Of a DNA stretch of 6,147 nucleotides, positions 4,268 to 6,147 are shown in pieces. The stretch lies in IMG/VR virus record IMGVR_UViG_3300045988_010419, one strand, 5' to 3'. Within the stretch, counting starts at the first letter, position 1, and each line of letters begins with the position of its first letter. Source of the stretch: a virus. The notes below the pieces were generated by a model. That model saw nothing but the letters and a program-made list of their open reading frames with translations, searched no databases and was not told where the DNA came from. Made by a program: the position numbers and the translations under genes.

Positions 4268-4309
4268 CACCTAGCCAAGTACCTTACTTGATAGGTACTT
4301 GGCTAGGTG
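4268..4309 (-). terminator. 17-bp perfect stem / 8-nt loop hairpin starting 14 nt after the VP4 stop; candidate transcription terminator and/or ssDNA origin structure
   Basis: 4268-4284 cacctagccaagtacct pairs with 4293-4309 aggtacttggctaggtg. On the coding strand it is followed by TCATTTAT, a modest U-tract. The structure is certain but the function is inferred. Confidence 0.5.
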
Positions 4310-4323
4310 ACACCATGACACTG

Positions 4324-5343
4324 TTAAAGTGTCCCTCTCTTCTTCATCTGCTTCTTTATCACTCTCTCTTTCGTTTTACACTGTTCTGCAAAGTCTGCAT
4401 TTTCGTACTTTAGTCGGTTTTCTGCGATTGCTGCCGCTTGCCTGTTCTGTTTAATTCTCCACAATCTTTGTGGGTTTTCTGCTTCCATCATTTTTTCATA
4501 ATAACGTGGAATTTGTGCTTGTTTGCCGTTTGTGCATTGGATGTAGCCTTGTCTCCAGATTTCTGCTTTGTGCTCTTGATAATAGTGGTCTCCTAAGCCC
4601 GGCTTGAGGCTCATACATGCAAAAGGTTTTTGTTGCCCTAGTTCATAGTACTTGTTTGCTTTTTGACCGTCTATCTCATACATTTTTTTTGTGACGTATC
4701 CTGCAACATATCTATACGTTTCTGGTACTGCTTGCGCTATTTGGATTTGACCCATGCCCCATAGGTTTTCTAGCCATTTACTTGTGAAATATCCGTTGTG
4801 TTGTATCTTGTATAGGTGCTCTAGGTCTGTTGGTTGCCATCCGTATAGAATCATGTGATAGTGCGGTCTTGCTGTCTGTTCTCCGTACTCTCCCGCTACA
4901 AAATAGCGTAATTTGCCCCTATAAGCCTTTCTGAGACGTTTTAAGAACTTTTGAACGTCAGTATACAGTAACGTTTGGACGCTTTCAGGGCGCTTCTCTC
5001 CCGGTTTCCAGACGTATTGTACTTTTCGCATGATTTCACCTGTGTTTACTATCATGCCTGGTACATGGTCATCATCATAAGTTAACGTGATAAACCAAAC
5101 TTCTTCTTTTGGATAGTCTCGTGCTTCTAATTCTATTCGTGTTGTCCAGTCCTCCCTTTGTCTGATTCTGCATCCGATGCATTGCCCGCATGGTATCAAC
5201 ATGACGTTTTTTCGGTACATCAAATCTTCATATTTGAGCTGTTTTCCCGATATTTCAGAAAAACGGGCGAGTGAATACACCCGCCCGCTTATGCTTTTGT
5301 CTTCCGGGTTGTACAGCCTTATTAATGGCTTGTAACAACTCAT
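4324..5343 (-). CDS. VP4: VP4 replication initiation protein (HUH rolling-circle endonuclease), 339 aa
   Basis: Contains a Cys cluster IPCGQCIGCRIRQREDW, motif 1 FITLTYDD, HUH motif RPHYHMILYGW, and the catalytic Tyr motif YRYVAGYVTKK. SD AGGTGAT lies 8 nt upstream. An ATGA overlap with the VP2 stop is at 5340-5343. Confidence 0.93.
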   Translation of the reverse strand: MSCYKPLIRLYNPEDKSISGRVYSLARFSEISGKQLKYEDLMYRKNVMLIPCGQCIGCRIRQREDWTTRIELEARDYPKEEVWFITLTYDDDHVPGMIVNTGEIMRKVQYVWKPGEKRPESVQTLLYTDVQKFLKRLRKAYRGKLRYFVAGEYGEQTARPHYHMILYGWQPTDLEHLYKIQHNGYFTSKWLENLWGMGQIQIAQAVPETYRYVAGYVTKKMYEIDGQKANKYYELGQQKPFACMSLKPGLGDHYYQEHKAEIWRQGYIQCTNGKQAQIPRYYEKMMEAENPQRLWRIKQNRQAAAIAENRLKYENADFAEQCKTKERVIKKQMKKRGTL

Positions 5344-6147
5344 TTCAAATAATCACCTGGCTTTCGTTTTTCTCCGTAGCTTCCTGTTTTGTCCTGTGGC
5401 TTTATGCTTCTGCCTTGTTCTGCACCTTTGCCTTTTTCTGTCTTTGCTGTTGCATCTTTAATGGCTTCGCTTGTGTCGTTTCCGACTTTGGTTAGTGTTT
5501 TCATCAGTCCGTAGGGTGTCATTTGCGTTGTGCTTAGCATCTGCTGCCAGCTTTGTGCCGCATTGTACCAGTCGCTTTTGCTCCAGCTTGAGCTTGAGTA
5601 TGCATTTGGTACAAATCCACCGCTTCGGCTTACTCCTAGTGCACTACTGCTTGCAAGTCCCATACTTGCACCGCTGATTGTGCCGGCGCTTCCACCCGGT
5701 GTGCTCGCTCCCCCATTTGAGAATGCTAGGATAGGGTTAAGCCCCGCTTTTCGCATGTCTTCAACTGCACGCTGGTATGCTGTGCTTGACATGTGCTCTT
5801 GCCATTCACGGTTCGCTAGTGCTTCTGCACTGTTGTAGTTCATTGCTACGCTGTTTTCAATGTGGTTGTATACGCCTTGCATGATTGCTTGTAAGGTGTT
5901 GTAACCCATCTGTTTAAGCATACTTTGACTGTTGTATTTACCTTGCATGGCAGCCTCTTGCCCTTGGTATGCGTATGCTTGCTTTAGCCAGTCGTTTACC
6001 TGTTGAATGTTTGTGCCTGCTTGACTTCCACTTTCAGAGTGTCCGCCGCCTTGGCTTACGCTTCCACCTTGGCTTTGGCTGTTTCCTGTCTGACCCCATC
6101 CGCCTAAAGCTCCAGTGACGTTTTTTGCTGCTCCTGCGATTGTTCCG
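5340..6147 (-). CDS. VP2: VP2 minor capsid / DNA pilot protein, 3' segment (runs off the window edge; the true start is the ATG at 161 across the circular junction; total 289 aa)
   Basis: Carries the characteristic motif NREWQEHMSSTAYQRAVEDMRKAGLNPILAF. Hand translation from 6146 down to 5949 gives GTIAGAAKNVTGALGGWGQTGNSQSQGGSVSQGGGHSESGSQAGTNIQQVNDWLKQAYAYQGQEAA with no stop, in frame with the track ORF that starts at M 5948. Confidence 0.88.
   Translation of the reverse strand, partial: GTIAGAAKNVTGALGGWGQTGNSQSQGGSVSQGGGHSESGSQAGTNIQQVNDWLKQAYAYQGQEAAMQGKYNSQSMLKQMGYNTLQAIMQGVYNHIENSVAMNYNSAEALANREWQEHMSSTAYQRAVEDMRKAGLNPILAFSNGGASTPGGSAGTISGASMGLASSSALGVSRSGGFVPNAYSSSSWSKSDWYNAAQSWQQMLSTTQMTPYGLMKTLTKVGNDTSEAIKDATAKTEKGKGAEQGRSIKPQDKTGSYGEKRKPGDYLK
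6049..6147. repeat. Terminal redundancy copy 2 (identical to 1-99)
   Basis: Same 99-nt string as positions 1-99. It lies inside the VP2 coding frame, so it is coding sequence seen twice rather than a structural repeat. Confidence 0.95.

Larger units (their letters stand above)
1..6048 (-). mobile_element. Complete circular ssDNA phage genome unit, Microviridae (Gokushovirinae-like), shown as reverse complement of the coding strand
   Basis: The full microvirus core set (VP1, VP2, VP3, VP4, J-like protein) is on a single strand. The exact 99-nt overlap between the window ends gives a 6,048-nt circle. The VP2 frame stays open and in phase across the junction. The order VP4 - small ORFs - J-like - VP5-like - VP3 - VP1 - VP2 matches my recollection of the gokushovirus arrangement described for Bdellovibrio phage phiMH2K. 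Confidence 0.9.

Noticed and set aside
4285-4293. ACTTGATA in the hairpin loop as the definitive VP4 nick site
   Set aside because: The octamer matches the phiX174 origin core but is on the non-coding strand. An 8-mer is expected about 0.2 times by chance in a 6-kb circle read on both strands. CTTGATA also occurs elsewhere on the plus strand (about 468 and about 4574). I kept it only as a caveat-laden note in the hairpin finding.
77-5838. All plus-strand ORFs in the track inside coding regions (77-352, 623-1201, 945-1151, 952-1140, 1295-1627, 2071-2316, 2147-2560, 2154-2363, 2815-3303, 5271-5495, 5471-5677, 5530-5838)
   Set aside because: Each lies antisense to a well-supported minus-strand gene. 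Their products are Leu/Phe/Cys/Ser-rich low-complexity strings typical of shadow frames, and I saw no convincing Shine-Dalgarno sequence. Microviridae encode all genes on one strand.

Overview
The window is one complete circular genome of a small ssDNA phage of the family Microviridae (gokushovirus-like gene set and order). The unit is 6,048 nt and is written as the reverse complement of the coding strand. Bases 1-99 recur exactly at 6049-6147, which is the overlap signature of a circular contig, not a biological terminal repeat. All credible genes lie on the minus strand. In transcription order (descending coordinates) they are: VP4 rolling-circle replication initiator (5343-4324); a non-coding region of about 600 nt; an accessory module (61-aa ORF, Peptidase_M15_3-type cell-wall peptidase, then 24-, 40- and 75-aa ORFs); a 40-aa highly basic J/ORF8-like DNA-packaging protein that the ORF track missed; a 79-aa VP5-like protein; VP3 scaffold; VP1 major capsid; and VP2. 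The VP2 reading frame crosses the circular junction (161->1 joined to 6048->5340, 289 aa). Every plus-strand ORF in the track is an antisense shadow. The most unusual content is non-coding or accessory: (i) eight TTTCAACA iterons in two clusters of four flanking a small hairpin; (ii) a 51-nt CG-rich alternating purine-pyrimidine tract that is also self-complementary; (iii) a run of strong hairpins directly after VP4; (iv) a hairpin between VP1 and VP2 that sits between a GGAGG and the VP2 start codon; (v) a zinc peptidase lysis candidate with no visible holin or signal peptide; (vi) a 23-nt duplication marking the 5' ends of two adjacent small ORFs. All functional assignments come from reading motifs by eye. 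No database search was possible.
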